Counted from the first letter of the stretch, positions 20,900-30,332 are shown. The stretch: DNA of 64,000 nucleotides from an uncultured Gammaproteobacteria bacterium (GCA_964641355.1 CAZXND010000001.1:11869-75868); one strand, 5' to 3'. The notes: generated by a model not told the origin, from the sequence alone. Numbers and translations: made by a program.

Positions 20900-21890
20900 A
20901 CTGTTTTCCGTAGTAATTTTTATAATCCTGACTTTCTATTATTTTTCTCCACCATTTTTCATTTTCCACAAACCAATTTATAGTTTTTTTTATTCCCTCG
21001 GAGAGATTATTTTCTGGCTTCCATCCCAATTCATTTCTTAGCTTATTTGAATCCAAAGCATATCTTCTATCATGTCCAGGCCGATCTTTCACATATTCTA
21101 TAAAGGTTTCATCCTTTTCCAATATGTTAAGTATCTCTTTAAGAACATCAATATTTTTCCACTCTTCACCTGTAGAAATATTATAGACTTCTCCTATTTT
21201 TCCCTTATGAACAATTGCATCTATAGCTCTACAATGATCCTCTGTATATATCCACTCTCTAACATTTTTACCATCACCATACAGAGGTACTTTTTTTCCT
21301 TGGAGAAGATTGACTATTGCAAGAGGAATAAACTTCTCAGGGTAGTGGTAAGGTCCATAAAAATTACATGAATGCGTAATAATTATTGGTGTATTATATG
21401 TAACAAAATAAGATCGTGCCAATAAGTCGGCGCCTGCTTTAGATGCGGCATAGGGACTATTCGGCTCAAAAGGAGAAGTTTCAACAAACTCTCCATCTTC
21501 GATACTCCCAAAAACCTCATCTGTTGATATTTGTACAAATCTGGAAATATTGTATTTTCTTGCTTTTTCTAACAAGTTATATGTTCCTAGAACATCAGTT
21601 TTAACGAAACTTCCAGGATCCATAATAGATCTATCTACGTGAGTTTCAGCAGCATAGTTCACAACAATATCTACGTTTTTCATTAATTCATCTACGATTT
21701 CACTATCGATAATATCTCCTTTTACAAATTTGTAATTAGGATTATTTTCTATATCTCTCAGATTGTCTAAGTTACCAGAATAGGTTAATTTATCTAGATT
21801 AACAACTTCGTAGTCGGGATATTTTTTTAAAATGTAATGGACAAAATTAGAACCCATGAATCCTGCACCACCTGTAATAAGTATTTTCAT
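20892..21890 (-). CDS. rfbB: dTDP-glucose 4,6-dehydratase
   Basis: MKILITGGAGFMGSNFV; YAASKAGADLL; RmlB family. Confidence 0.85.
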   Translation of the reverse strand: MKILITGGAGFMGSNFVHYILKKYPDYEVVNLDKLTYSGNLDNLRDIENNPNYKFVKGDIIDSEIVDELMKNVDIVVNYAAETHVDRSIMDPGSFVKTDVLGTYNLLEKARKYNISRFVQISTDEVFGSIEDGEFVETSPFEPNSPYAASKAGADLLARSYFVTYNTPIIITHSCNFYGPYHYPEKFIPLAIVNLLQGKKVPLYGDGKNVREWIYTEDHCRAIDAIVHKGKIGEVYNISTGEEWKNIDVLKEILNILEKDETFIEYVKDRPGHDRRYALDSNKLRNELGWKPENNLSEGIKKTINWFVENEKWWRKIIESQDYKNYYGKQYA

Positions 21891-21919
21891 ATTTTGTAAA
21901 TAACGGTTAAATCTAAAAT

Positions 21920-22654
21920 CTAAATCTCTCCAGATTTCACCTTCTCTGCAACTAAATTATTTGCACGTAAAAGTTCATCATGTGATGTTCCTGCATCCAC
22001 CCACCAATCTAAAATGTGACAAGACAAACTTCCCTCTTTTACATAAACATTATTCAAATCGGTTACCTCATACTCACCTCTTGCTGAGGGAGAGAGTTCT
22101 CGTGCAAAATCAAAAACGCGAGTATCATACATATAAATCCCTGTCTGAGCAATTTTTGATTTGGGATTTTCTGGCTTTTCTTCTATAGAAAGAACCCTTC
22201 CTGCTTGATCCATTTCTATGACCCCATAGTGTTTAGGCTCTTCTACTTCTATCCCATAGATAACCGCTCCTTTTTCTTGGTTCTCAAAATTTTTAACTGT
22301 TTCTCTAAGATCCGTATTAAATATGTTGTCACCCAAAACTACCAATAATTTTTCCCCCTCAGCAAACTCTTCAGCAAGGGCTATCGCATTTGCTATTCCT
22401 CCTTTTGGATTCTCTTGCACGGCATAATAAAGTCTCACACCAAATTCTTCTCCACCTTTAAGCAAATTTGCAAAATGACCAGCATGATCAGGAGAGGTAG
22501 ATATGAGAATTTCATGAATTCCTCCTTTTACCATAGCTTCTAAAGGATAATAAATCATGGGCTTATTATAGATAGGAAGAAGATGTTTATTGGTAACCCA
22601 AGTTAAGGGTCGAAGTCTTGTTGCTAAACCTCCCGCAAGAATCAGTCCTTTCAT
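21920..22654 (-). CDS. rfbA: Glucose-1-phosphate thymidylyltransferase (short form)
   Basis: MKGLILAGGLATRLRPLT...NKHLLPIYNKPMIYYPL. Confidence 0.8.
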   Translation of the reverse strand: MKGLILAGGLATRLRPLTWVTNKHLLPIYNKPMIYYPLEAMVKGGIHEILISTSPDHAGHFANLLKGGEEFGVRLYYAVQENPKGGIANAIALAEEFAEGEKLLVVLGDNIFNTDLRETVKNFENQEKGAVIYGIEVEEPKHYGVIEMDQAGRVLSIEEKPENPKSKIAQTGIYMYDTRVFDFARELSPSARGEYEVTDLNNVYVKEGSLSCHILDWWVDAGTSHDELLRANNLVAEKVKSGEI

Positions 22655-22657
22655 AAT

Positions 22658-22933
22658 TTATCTTGAGATTCTCCCAATATTAGTGAATAGAAAGATAGAG
22701 AGAATCAAAGCGCTAATTAAAACATATTCTATCATAATCTTTCTAGAAAAATCATGATTCATAACATGATGAACAAAACCTATTAGAATATAAAAAATAA
22801 GAACAAATACAAGAATAACAAATTGCATTAAAAGACTGAATGAAAAAAGCCAAATTAAATAAAAACCAAAAGCAATTATTAGAAATTGGAAAAAAAAGTA
22901 GAAGTTGTGATGTAAAATTTTCCCTCTTCTCAT
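22658..22933 (-). CDS. Small integral membrane protein (hypothetical)
   Basis: 91 aa, 3 predicted TM; overlaps the next gene by 4 nt. Confidence 0.4.
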   Translation of the reverse strand: MRRGKILHHNFYFFFQFLIIAFGFYLIWLFSFSLLMQFVILVFVLIFYILIGFVHHVMNHDFSRKIMIEYVLISALILSIFLFTNIGRISR

Positions 22934-23775
22934 TTTATGGATGACCCTGATAATAAAACAACTATAAGTATCATTATACCCAAGACAAGCATCATATGAT
23001 CAAAATTGTGCCCAGCAACTCTTTGAATATTTTTCTTTCTTATTAAGAATAAGTCGAATACCAATCCCAAAAAAATAAGTACAAGTAATAAAAGAGCTAT
23101 AGATTTTGTCGCAAAAAGAATATTTACGCTAGGATTTTTTGTAACCTCGCTCATTACTGCTTTTTCATTTTGAGAAGAATTTACCCGAGTAGGAGTTTCG
23201 GCGTTTTCTTTGGAAGTTGATCCAAACATCTCAACAACAAGAGTGGTTTCTTCGCCTGTTAATTTTCCTTCGTCTACTGCAAATCCAATATCTTGATACT
23301 TATCTGAAAGGATATTCTCTTTATGACTAGGTGAGTTCATCCATGCTCTTATTATTTCATCAGAGTTTGTAAAACCTTTTGCTAAATTCTCTCCTGCATA
23401 CGAGTATTCGTATCCTCTACTTTTTATAAAATACCAAGGAGTAGTACTTCCGTCAGGTGCAAAATGTGCCCAATAATCCTTGGCAAACATATCTTTTGCT
23501 TTATCCTGAGCGGCCTTATTTAATTTATCATTAAGAACCAGTTCGGTAAGTCCTTTTTCCTTTCTCACTTTGTTTGTTAAATCAAGCAATCTTTTAATAG
23601 AAATTGAGTAAGAAATTCCAAGAACTTGAGGTTTTTTTTCTTCAATTTTTAGAAAAATAAAAGACAATGAAAGTACTAAAACAACAAGCGAGAAAAGGAT
23701 TTTGTGATGAAGAATTTTTGCTCGATTATTATTTACCTTTGTTGGTGTAAATAAATGCCTCAAAATGGACAGCAT
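22930..23775 (-). CDS. CAP (SCP/PR-1/YkwD) domain protein, membrane-anchored
   Basis: AKDYWAHF...NSPSHKENIL CAP signature; flanking TM segments. Confidence 0.75.
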   Translation of the reverse strand: MLSILRHLFTPTKVNNNRAKILHHKILFSLVVLVLSLSFIFLKIEEKKPQVLGISYSISIKRLLDLTNKVRKEKGLTELVLNDKLNKAAQDKAKDMFAKDYWAHFAPDGSTTPWYFIKSRGYEYSYAGENLAKGFTNSDEIIRAWMNSPSHKENILSDKYQDIGFAVDEGKLTGEETTLVVEMFGSTSKENAETPTRVNSSQNEKAVMSEVTKNPSVNILFATKSIALLLLVLIFLGLVFDLFLIRKKNIQRVAGHNFDHMMLVLGIMILIVVLLSGSSIK

Positions 23776-23805
23776 AAAATTATTATATCAGAGAGTACTT
23801 GAGGT

Positions 23806-24135
23806 TTAATAAGTAGCATCTTCTATATAACCTTGATCGTTATCATTAATTGGAATCCCTAGTGCAAATGAAAGAGAATTAGCGATAGAAACACCAACTC
23901 TCAAACCGGTAAAAGATCCTGGGCCACGCTTAACATAAATTTTGTCTATCTTATCAAGGGTTAAACTATTTTCCCTTAAAAGCTCTTCAATAAAAACTAA
24001 GGCTTTCTCGGTTCTTTGAAATATAGGTTTAGAGTCACTCTTTTTATCTCCGTTTATCTCAAGTTGAAGATTAATTTCTCTATTATTTGATGTGTCTATG
24101 TATAAACTAATCATCTTAAATTTCGACAGCTCCAA
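23806..24135 (-). CDS. tsaB: tRNA t6A biosynthesis protein TsaB (short, N-terminal-domain-only form)
   Basis: GPGSFTGLRVGVSIANSLSFALGIP motif; 109 aa. Confidence 0.65.
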   Translation of the reverse strand: MELSKFKMISLYIDTSNNREINLQLEINGDKKSDSKPIFQRTEKALVFIEELLRENSLTLDKIDKIYVKRGPGSFTGLRVGVSIANSLSFALGIPINDNDQGYIEDATY

Positions 24136-24694
24136 TTCTAATTATTTTATACGGTTTTATAGAACAATCAATAACTGTGGAGGATTTTTTTAGAGATGTC
24201 TTTCCTCTTACAACAAGGTCTACTTTCGAAATCAATTTTTTATCTAATTCTGAAAAAGTAAACGGCGTTAAATCCCCTGCAAAATTTGCAGATGGAGCAA
24301 TAATTGGACCTGTCGATCTAATCAATTTAAGAAGTGGTTTATGATTGGGTATTCTAACTCCAATTGTTTTTTTTCCTGCTCTAACCAAGGAAGGGACCTT
24401 AGAGGTTTTAACAGGCAGAATTATAGTTAACCCACCCGGCCAATGTTTTTTCATCAAATTGATAATATTAGAATCAAAGGGCTTAACATATTTTTTGATC
24501 ATTCTTATACTAGAAAAGAGCACTGGAACCGCTTTTTCATGTGACCGCTTCCTAATTTCATAAACCTTTTTAACTGCTTTAGAGTTTTCCATCAAACACC
24601 CTATCCCGTATGCCGTGTCGGTCGGAAATATCACCACTCCTCCATTTCTAATAATATAAGCTATTTTTTTATTTGAAAAAGAACACTCATCCAT
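24116..24694 (-). CDS. tsaC: L-threonylcarbamoyladenylate synthase (YrdC/Sua5 family)
   Basis: VVIFPTDTAYGIGC...VYEIRKR YrdC motifs. Confidence 0.85.
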   Translation of the reverse strand: MDECSFSNKKIAYIIRNGGVVIFPTDTAYGIGCLMENSKAVKKVYEIRKRSHEKAVPVLFSSIRMIKKYVKPFDSNIINLMKKHWPGGLTIILPVKTSKVPSLVRAGKKTIGVRIPNHKPLLKLIRSTGPIIAPSANFAGDLTPFTFSELDKKLISKVDLVVRGKTSLKKSSTVIDCSIKPYKIIRIGAVEI

Positions 24695-25127
24695 TTTTTC
24701 TTTTTATAATGACCTCTCGCGAATTTTTATCCAGTTGTCTGAAAAAAATTTCCCATCTTTTTTTAGGTAAAATTTTTTTTCCTTTTTCTGGCCATTCAAT
24801 AATAACTACTCCTCGATCATCATTAAGCAGATCTTTTAAACCTACTCGTTTTATTTCGGCCAAATTATCAAGTCTGTACAAATCCACATGATAAAGCGTA
24901 TCAATATTCTCACTCCCAGCAACTAAATGAGTTCTAACTATAATAAAGGTTGGGGAGATAACACGAGAACGAACATTAAGCGCGCGAGCTAAACCTTTTA
25001 CAAAAGTTGTTTTACCACTTCCCAAATCACCATATAAACAAATTACATCACGAGGTTTGATTTTTTTTGAAAAATCTTGACCTAATTTTTCCGTATGAGA
25101 TTTGCTTATTGAGATTATTTTATTCAT
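24687..25127 (-). CDS. tsaE: tRNA t6A biosynthesis ATPase TsaE
   Basis: Walker A GDLGSGKTTFVKG; about 146 aa. Confidence 0.85.
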   Translation of the reverse strand: MNKIISISKSHTEKLGQDFSKKIKPRDVICLYGDLGSGKTTFVKGLARALNVRSRVISPTFIIVRTHLVAGSENIDTLYHVDLYRLDNLAEIKRVGLKDLLNDDRGVVIIEWPEKGKKILPKKRWEIFFRQLDKNSREVIIKRKNG

Positions 25128-25133
25128 AAATAG

Positions 25134-25967
25134 TTAATCAAAAAAGCCTTTTTTCTTATGTAAAAAATCAAAATTTCTCCAGGCAAGTATACCACAGCCG
25201 GACAGAAAAACAGAACCGATTAAAAAGAATAAGACTACAGACGGACTTATTTTTGAAGTTTCTGTCCCACTTAAATTCTCTCGCTCTTGAACTTTAGTAG
25301 GTGATACTTTATCTTTTACTCCTAATACAATTTCAACTGTTTTTCTTTTTGTGGGAGTTACTTTTAACGTAGGAGTGGGACTTAAAGTAGGAGTTTTTGT
25401 TGGCACAACAGTACTAGTAGGGACTGGCGTCACTGTTGAAGTGGCTGGTGAAGATGTTGGTGTAGGAGTTGGACCAGTAAGTGCGATCGTAGTCTCATTA
25501 GACCATAAAGAAGGGGAACCACAACTTGCCGTATACCTTCCCAACTTAAAAGTATATTCACCAGGTCCATTATAGAAAACGCTGTCCTTATCTGGCTTAA
25601 ATTTCAAAGTACCACTCCAACTTCCGCTTATTAAATCTGTTTGCGCCACTTTATAATAGGAAGTACATCCACTTCCAGGAGAATTGCTCCAGCTTCCATT
25701 ATTATCTTGTGTGTATCCAAAGTAGCTTGTTCCACTTGGATAAAAAACTCCTCTTATATATGAGTCGCTACAACCAGAACAAGATAGAAATAAACTAATC
25801 ATAAACTCTTGAGACTGATCTATGATTGAAGGCATTCCGCTTATGGTCATACTAGAAGCAGAAAGAGCTTTTTGAGGAAAAAGAAAGACAGCAAGAACTA
25901 AGACAAGAAATACGTATGTCTTATGTACCATTACTGTGGGGGAGCACACCCCACTTGAGAGTAACAA
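25134..25967 (-). CDS. Cell-surface protein with Pro/Thr-rich linker and C-terminal hydrophobic anchor followed by a basic tail
   Basis: Signal peptide; PTPTPTSSPATSTVTPVPT... low-complexity run; C-terminal TM plus RN..HKKK tail. Confidence 0.6.
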   Translation of the reverse strand: MLLSSGVCSPTVMVHKTYVFLVLVLAVFLFPQKALSASSMTISGMPSIIDQSQEFMISLFLSCSGCSDSYIRGVFYPSGTSYFGYTQDNNGSWSNSPGSGCTSYYKVAQTDLISGSWSGTLKFKPDKDSVFYNGPGEYTFKLGRYTASCGSPSLWSNETTIALTGPTPTPTSSPATSTVTPVPTSTVVPTKTPTLSPTPTLKVTPTKRKTVEIVLGVKDKVSPTKVQERENLSGTETSKISPSVVLFFLIGSVFLSGCGILAWRNFDFLHKKKGFFD

Positions 25968-25992
25968 AAAAAACTAGGTATTTCAATTTCTA

Positions 25993-27195
25993 TTAATTTA
26001 AATACCCGTATTGAAAGATCTGTCCCACAGAATAATGACTGCTAAAGTCAAGATTAGGACCATACCAAGGATCATTCATAATATAATTTCCACCTGACCC
26101 GCTTTTTAAGACTACAAAATGAGTTCCATATGCCCCTGCGTTAAGTCCAACAATTACTGGTTGGCCTGAAGAAAGTCTTGAATCGATAGCTGAAGTACTA
26201 GAATTCCATACGGAAGTAAATCTTCCCGCCCAAGGAATGAGCATATAGGCAGAAAAGAAATAACTAGTATTTCCAGCAATATCAGCAGGAGTAACATTCT
26301 CCCCTTTTTGTTTTAGAACCATTGCTACCGAAGTTAAAAGGCACCCATATTTCCAAACCGGTTCACCTGATGATCCAATCCCACCATTTCCCCATCTCTC
26401 ATCTCTCTGGTTATAATACCAACCATCAGGACTAGGTTGAGGTGGTAAAATTCCACCACCTTGCGTATCTGCAAACCTTGCAAATCCTGCAAGCTGAGCC
26501 TTTGCTGCCGAAAGTAATTTCTGATAGTTAGCCTCACTTCCTTGAGTTTCAGATAATAATCGTTGTTTTGCCTGTTTATCAGAATCTAGCTGATCATTAT
26601 ATTTTTGAAATTGCTCGTTTAAGGCTTCAGCGTCTTTCTGTTTTTGCTCAAGTATCCCTTGTTGATTTTCATAATTTACTCTAGACTGCTCGGCTGCATA
26701 AACATTTTTTTTATCAAAAATTTGAACAATTCTTAAGTATTTCAATCTCGTCATAAAGGAGGTGATATTATTAGAAGTTAAAAGTATTTGCCATGGATCT
26801 GCTCTCCCAACTTCGTAGACAGCAGCGATTCTACCTAGAAGAGCTTTACTCGAAACACTTATATCTTTTTCAAGGTTATTAACTTTTCCCTTTGTAATTT
26901 CAATATCATCTAAGAGTAGTTCTATTTCTTGTTTTGTATTTTCAATTCTAGCTTGAGTAAGCTTAATCTGATTATCCATTATACTTATCTCTGAAGAAAG
27001 AGTTCGAACTTTACTAGTTGCCTCGTTTTTTTTGCCCTCAAGATAACTTACACATTGTGATTTAGTTAGGTTCTGACTCTTACACTCAGGAATTGTAGAT
27101 ATTTCCTCAGCACTAACAAAAGAATTGACTCCTAAAAAAACCAACAAAAAAACAAGTATGAAGATTGAAAAAGCTTTTATCTTCTTTGGTATCAT
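25993..27195 (-). CDS. FtsEX-associated coiled-coil cell-wall hydrolase with C-terminal papain-like (C39-like/CHAP-like) Cys peptidase domain
   Basis: Long coiled coil after the signal peptide; C-terminal Q...KYGCLLTSVAMVL...GTHFVVL (Gln/Cys/His); ATGA overlap with the ftsX stop. Confidence 0.6.
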   Translation of the reverse strand: MIPKKIKAFSIFILVFLLVFLGVNSFVSAEEISTIPECKSQNLTKSQCVSYLEGKKNEATSKVRTLSSEISIMDNQIKLTQARIENTKQEIELLLDDIEITKGKVNNLEKDISVSSKALLGRIAAVYEVGRADPWQILLTSNNITSFMTRLKYLRIVQIFDKKNVYAAEQSRVNYENQQGILEQKQKDAEALNEQFQKYNDQLDSDKQAKQRLLSETQGSEANYQKLLSAAKAQLAGFARFADTQGGGILPPQPSPDGWYYNQRDERWGNGGIGSSGEPVWKYGCLLTSVAMVLKQKGENVTPADIAGNTSYFFSAYMLIPWAGRFTSVWNSSTSAIDSRLSSGQPVIVGLNAGAYGTHFVVLKSGSGGNYIMNDPWYGPNLDFSSHYSVGQIFQYGYLN

Positions 27196-28055
27196 TTGAG
27201 ATATCGAAAGACTGCAAGAAAGGATGCGACAGCTCCTAACAAACAAGCCAAAAATACTTCCACTGCGAAAATTTCAAGAATTAATATTGGTGATACAGGA
27301 AAAATTGGAACACCACGAAGGAAAGTTTCAAGAGTTGGAGTAGAGTATAACAATAGACCAAAGGTAATAAGACTACCTAAAATAGCTCCAACTAATCCAT
27401 AAAACATACCCTCTAAAAGAAATGGCATTCTTATAAACCAATTAGATGCGCCTATTAATTTCATTATTTCTATTTCTTCTCGTCTAACAGTGATTCTTAT
27501 TCCAATTATTGTAATAATTACAAAAGTCGAGACTAGAACAAGAACACTTATAACAACTATTCCGATCCTTTTAAATGCGTTTGTCCATGAGATTAAAGTG
27601 TCTACGATATCCTTTTGGAATACTACCTCCTCAACAATGTTAGAACCTTTCACTATCGAGGCGAGACTTGATAGATCTTCTACTTCTTTGGCTTGAACCT
27701 CAATAGATGCGGGTAATATATCTGCAGTAACTAAATCCAACAAAATAGGATCATTTTTGTTTTGTTCTTTATAAATTCTAAGGGCTTCCTCTTTTGAAAC
27801 ATACACAATAGAGGATGTTTTACCTGTGTCTTTGAGTTCTACTTTCATTGTCTGAATTTGTGATTTACTCGCAGTATCTTTGAAAAAAACGGTAAGTTGA
27901 GGTCTTGATTCAAAATAACTAACAAGTCGAATTGATAGTATTGTAATAATAGTAAATACCGTAATTGCAAAAAAAGTAAGAGTCATTATTAAACCAGCAG
28001 AAATAGCTTGATACGGAGATCTTCTTATATATTTGGCAACAGTTCTAAGATGCAT
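27192..28055 (-). CDS. ftsX: Cell division permease FtsX
   Basis: 4 TM with a large extracellular loop; immediately downstream of ftsE. Confidence 0.85.
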   Translation of the reverse strand: MHLRTVAKYIRRSPYQAISAGLIMTLTFFAITVFTIITILSIRLVSYFESRPQLTVFFKDTASKSQIQTMKVELKDTGKTSSIVYVSKEEALRIYKEQNKNDPILLDLVTADILPASIEVQAKEVEDLSSLASIVKGSNIVEEVVFQKDIVDTLISWTNAFKRIGIVVISVLVLVSTFVIITIIGIRITVRREEIEIMKLIGASNWFIRMPFLLEGMFYGLVGAILGSLITFGLLLYSTPTLETFLRGVPIFPVSPILILEIFAVEVFLACLLGAVASFLAVFRYLK

Positions 28056-28734
28056 CTTTTTTCTTTCCTTTCTCCTTCTTCTCTACCTTTCCCTCTTTTA
28101 AAGAGAAGACAGAATGATCATATTTATCTACTATTTTCTCGTTGTGGGTTGCCATTAAAATTGTAGTTCCCTTTTTATTTATATTATTCAAAAGTTCAAC
28201 TATTTGGAAGGAAGTATCAAGATCAAGATTTCCTGTAGGCTCATCTGCAAGTATTACTTCAGGGTCAAAAACAAGCGCTCTTGCTATTGCCACTCTTTGC
28301 CTTTCTCCTCCCGATAATTGCATGGGGAATTTTTCAAACTTTTCTCCAAGACCTACCTCTTCAAGTATTTTTTTTGCTTTCTCCTCTGCTTGCTTTTCAT
28401 CTGCGCCTGAAAATTGAAGAGGAAGCACTACATTCTCAAGCACTGTTCGATCGGTAAGTAATTTTAAGTCTTGAAAGATTACACCAACTCTTCTTCTAAG
28501 AGTTGGGATCTTTGAATGAGGAAGCTTAGTGAGATCCCAATCACCAAGAACAATACTCCCAGATGTTGGTAGAAGATCTTTCACAATAAGTCTAAAAATG
28601 GTAGTTTTTCCAGTACCTGTTGGGCCGATTAAAAAAGCGAAGCTTCCTTTTTCGACCAAAAAACTAACCTCCTTTAATGGTTGTGATTCATCTCCAAATT
28701 TTTTGGAAACTTTTTGAAATTCAATCATGGGCAA
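28045..28734 (-). CDS. ftsE: Cell division ABC ATPase FtsE
   Basis: Walker A GPTGTGKTT, LSGGERQRVAIARAL signature; 229 aa. Confidence 0.9.
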   Translation of the reverse strand: MPMIEFQKVSKKFGDESQPLKEVSFLVEKGSFAFLIGPTGTGKTTIFRLIVKDLLPTSGSIVLGDWDLTKLPHSKIPTLRRRVGVIFQDLKLLTDRTVLENVVLPLQFSGADEKQAEEKAKKILEEVGLGEKFEKFPMQLSGGERQRVAIARALVFDPEVILADEPTGNLDLDTSFQIVELLNNINKKGTTILMATHNEKIVDKYDHSVFSLKEGKVEKKEKGKKKDAS

Positions 28735-28758
28735 GAATAAAACTAGAAATCAAAAAAA

Positions 28759-29202
28759 TTAATTCAACAGTTGAAGTCTTCCTACATCCATAAGCCAACC
28801 TGCTTTTTCTGCTGAGTTAGTTTGACCCCAAACTTTTACTTTTCTTCCTACAAATTTTGATAAATCCACTACTGAAGAGGTTAAATATACATTCTGAGAC
28901 TCTCCCCCTGGCCTTTCAAGATGAAAAGCTCCCTCATCTCCTATTCCACCCTTTCTCATAATTCCTTCGGCCGAATCTTTAAAAGTTTTAGTATCATTAG
29001 AACCAAAAACATCTCCTTTTTTAACTTGAGTTGATGATATTATTGAAGTATCAGTAGTGCTTGCTTTTGAAGAATTTCCTGCAAGAAAATAACCAGTAAA
29101 AATTCCGAGTGAAACAATAATTAAGAACACTAACAATGTAACTGTTGAGAGGGATTGCTTCTTTCCACCAAAATCATGAACGACACCATCTGTCATATAC
29201 AC
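28759..29202 (-). CDS. Membrane-anchored hypothetical protein
   Basis: N-terminal TM; no recognisable domain. Confidence 0.4.
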   Translation of the reverse strand: MYMTDGVVHDFGGKKQSLSTVTLLVFLIIVSLGIFTGYFLAGNSSKASTTDTSIISSTQVKKGDVFGSNDTKTFKDSAEGIMRKGGIGDEGAFHLERPGGESQNVYLTSSVVDLSKFVGRKVKVWGQTNSAEKAGWLMDVGRLQLLN

Positions 29203-29247
29203 TAGTAAAACATATTCTGATCTTTTTTACAACCCCATCCAGCTTCA

Positions 29248-30285
29248 TTACGACAACTTTAACTCAGCATCTATAAAAAGATCTATGTCTCCATCAAGTA
29301 CCCTATCTGGATCATTTACCTCAATCTTTGTTCTAGTATCTTTTACCAATTTATAAGGATGCAAAACGTAGTTTCTTATTTGATTTCCCCACGAAGGTGC
29401 TATATAGCTTCCTTTTATTTCTTTCTCCTCCTTTGTTCTCTTTTCCTCGTAGTATGCCCAGATTTTTGCAGTTAGTAATTTTAAAGCATTCTCTCTATTC
29501 TGAGCTTGGTAACGCTCCGTCTGACATGTTACCTGAATCCCAGTCGGCTTATGGATAAGCCTAACGGCAGTTGATACTTTTTGGACGTTCTGTCCTCCAT
29601 GAGAAGATGCTCTGTAGAAATCCCATTCAAGATCATCTTCTTTTATTTCGATTCCCTCGTCTTTTTCAACTTCAGGAAGAATTTCTACCAATGCAAATGA
29701 AGTTTGTCTTAGATTATTTGCATTAAAAGGAGATAATCTAACCAACCTATGAACCCCCTGCTCGCCCTTTAAATATCCATATGCAAACTCTCCAGAAATA
29801 AGAATTGTTACACTCTTAATCCCTGCCTCTTCACCTTGACTTTCATCAATTACATCAGCACTCCAACCTCGCCTCTCTGCAAATCTCAAATACATCCTCA
29901 TGAGCATTGACGTAAAATCCATAGCATCTACACCTCCCTGACCAGCATGAACAGAAAGAATCACGTTTTTTGCATCGTGTTTTCCAGAAAGATATAAGTG
30001 AAGCTCAAGATCGGAGAGAATATCTTTTAAGCCTTCTTCATTATTATTATCGATAAGTGTTTGAATCTTCTCTGAATCGTCTATTTCCTTTTGAAGGATG
30101 GCTAATTCCTTCATCCTATTAGAAGCATGTGCATTATTTTTCCAAAAATCAGGATCCATTGATTCAGCTTCAATTTCAGATACCTTTTTTCTTTTTTCGG
30201 AAAGATTTAACCTTTCAAGAATAATTTTTGCTCTATCTTTAAGTTCGTTCAAAATAAAATCCTTATTATGGCCAATTATACTCAA
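29248..30285 (-). CDS. prfB: Peptide chain release factor 2 (single frame, no programmed frameshift)
   Basis: SPF tripeptide and GGQ motif ([10 protein letters not shown]). Confidence 0.85.
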   Translation of the reverse strand: MSIIGHNKDFILNELKDRAKIILERLNLSEKRKKVSEIEAESMDPDFWKNNAHASNRMKELAILQKEIDDSEKIQTLIDNNNEEGLKDILSDLELHLYLSGKHDAKNVILSVHAGQGGVDAMDFTSMLMRMYLRFAERRGWSADVIDESQGEEAGIKSVTILISGEFAYGYLKGEQGVHRLVRLSPFNANNLRQTSFALVEILPEVEKDEGIEIKEDDLEWDFYRASSHGGQNVQKVSTAVRLIHKPTGIQVTCQTERYQAQNRENALKLLTAKIWAYYEEKRTKEEKEIKGSYIAPSWGNQIRNYVLHPYKLVKDTRTKIEVNDPDRVLDGDIDLFIDAELKLS

Positions 30286-30332
30286 AATAAAGATTAATTG
30301 ACAATAAAAGAGATAACAAATACTATATTTTA

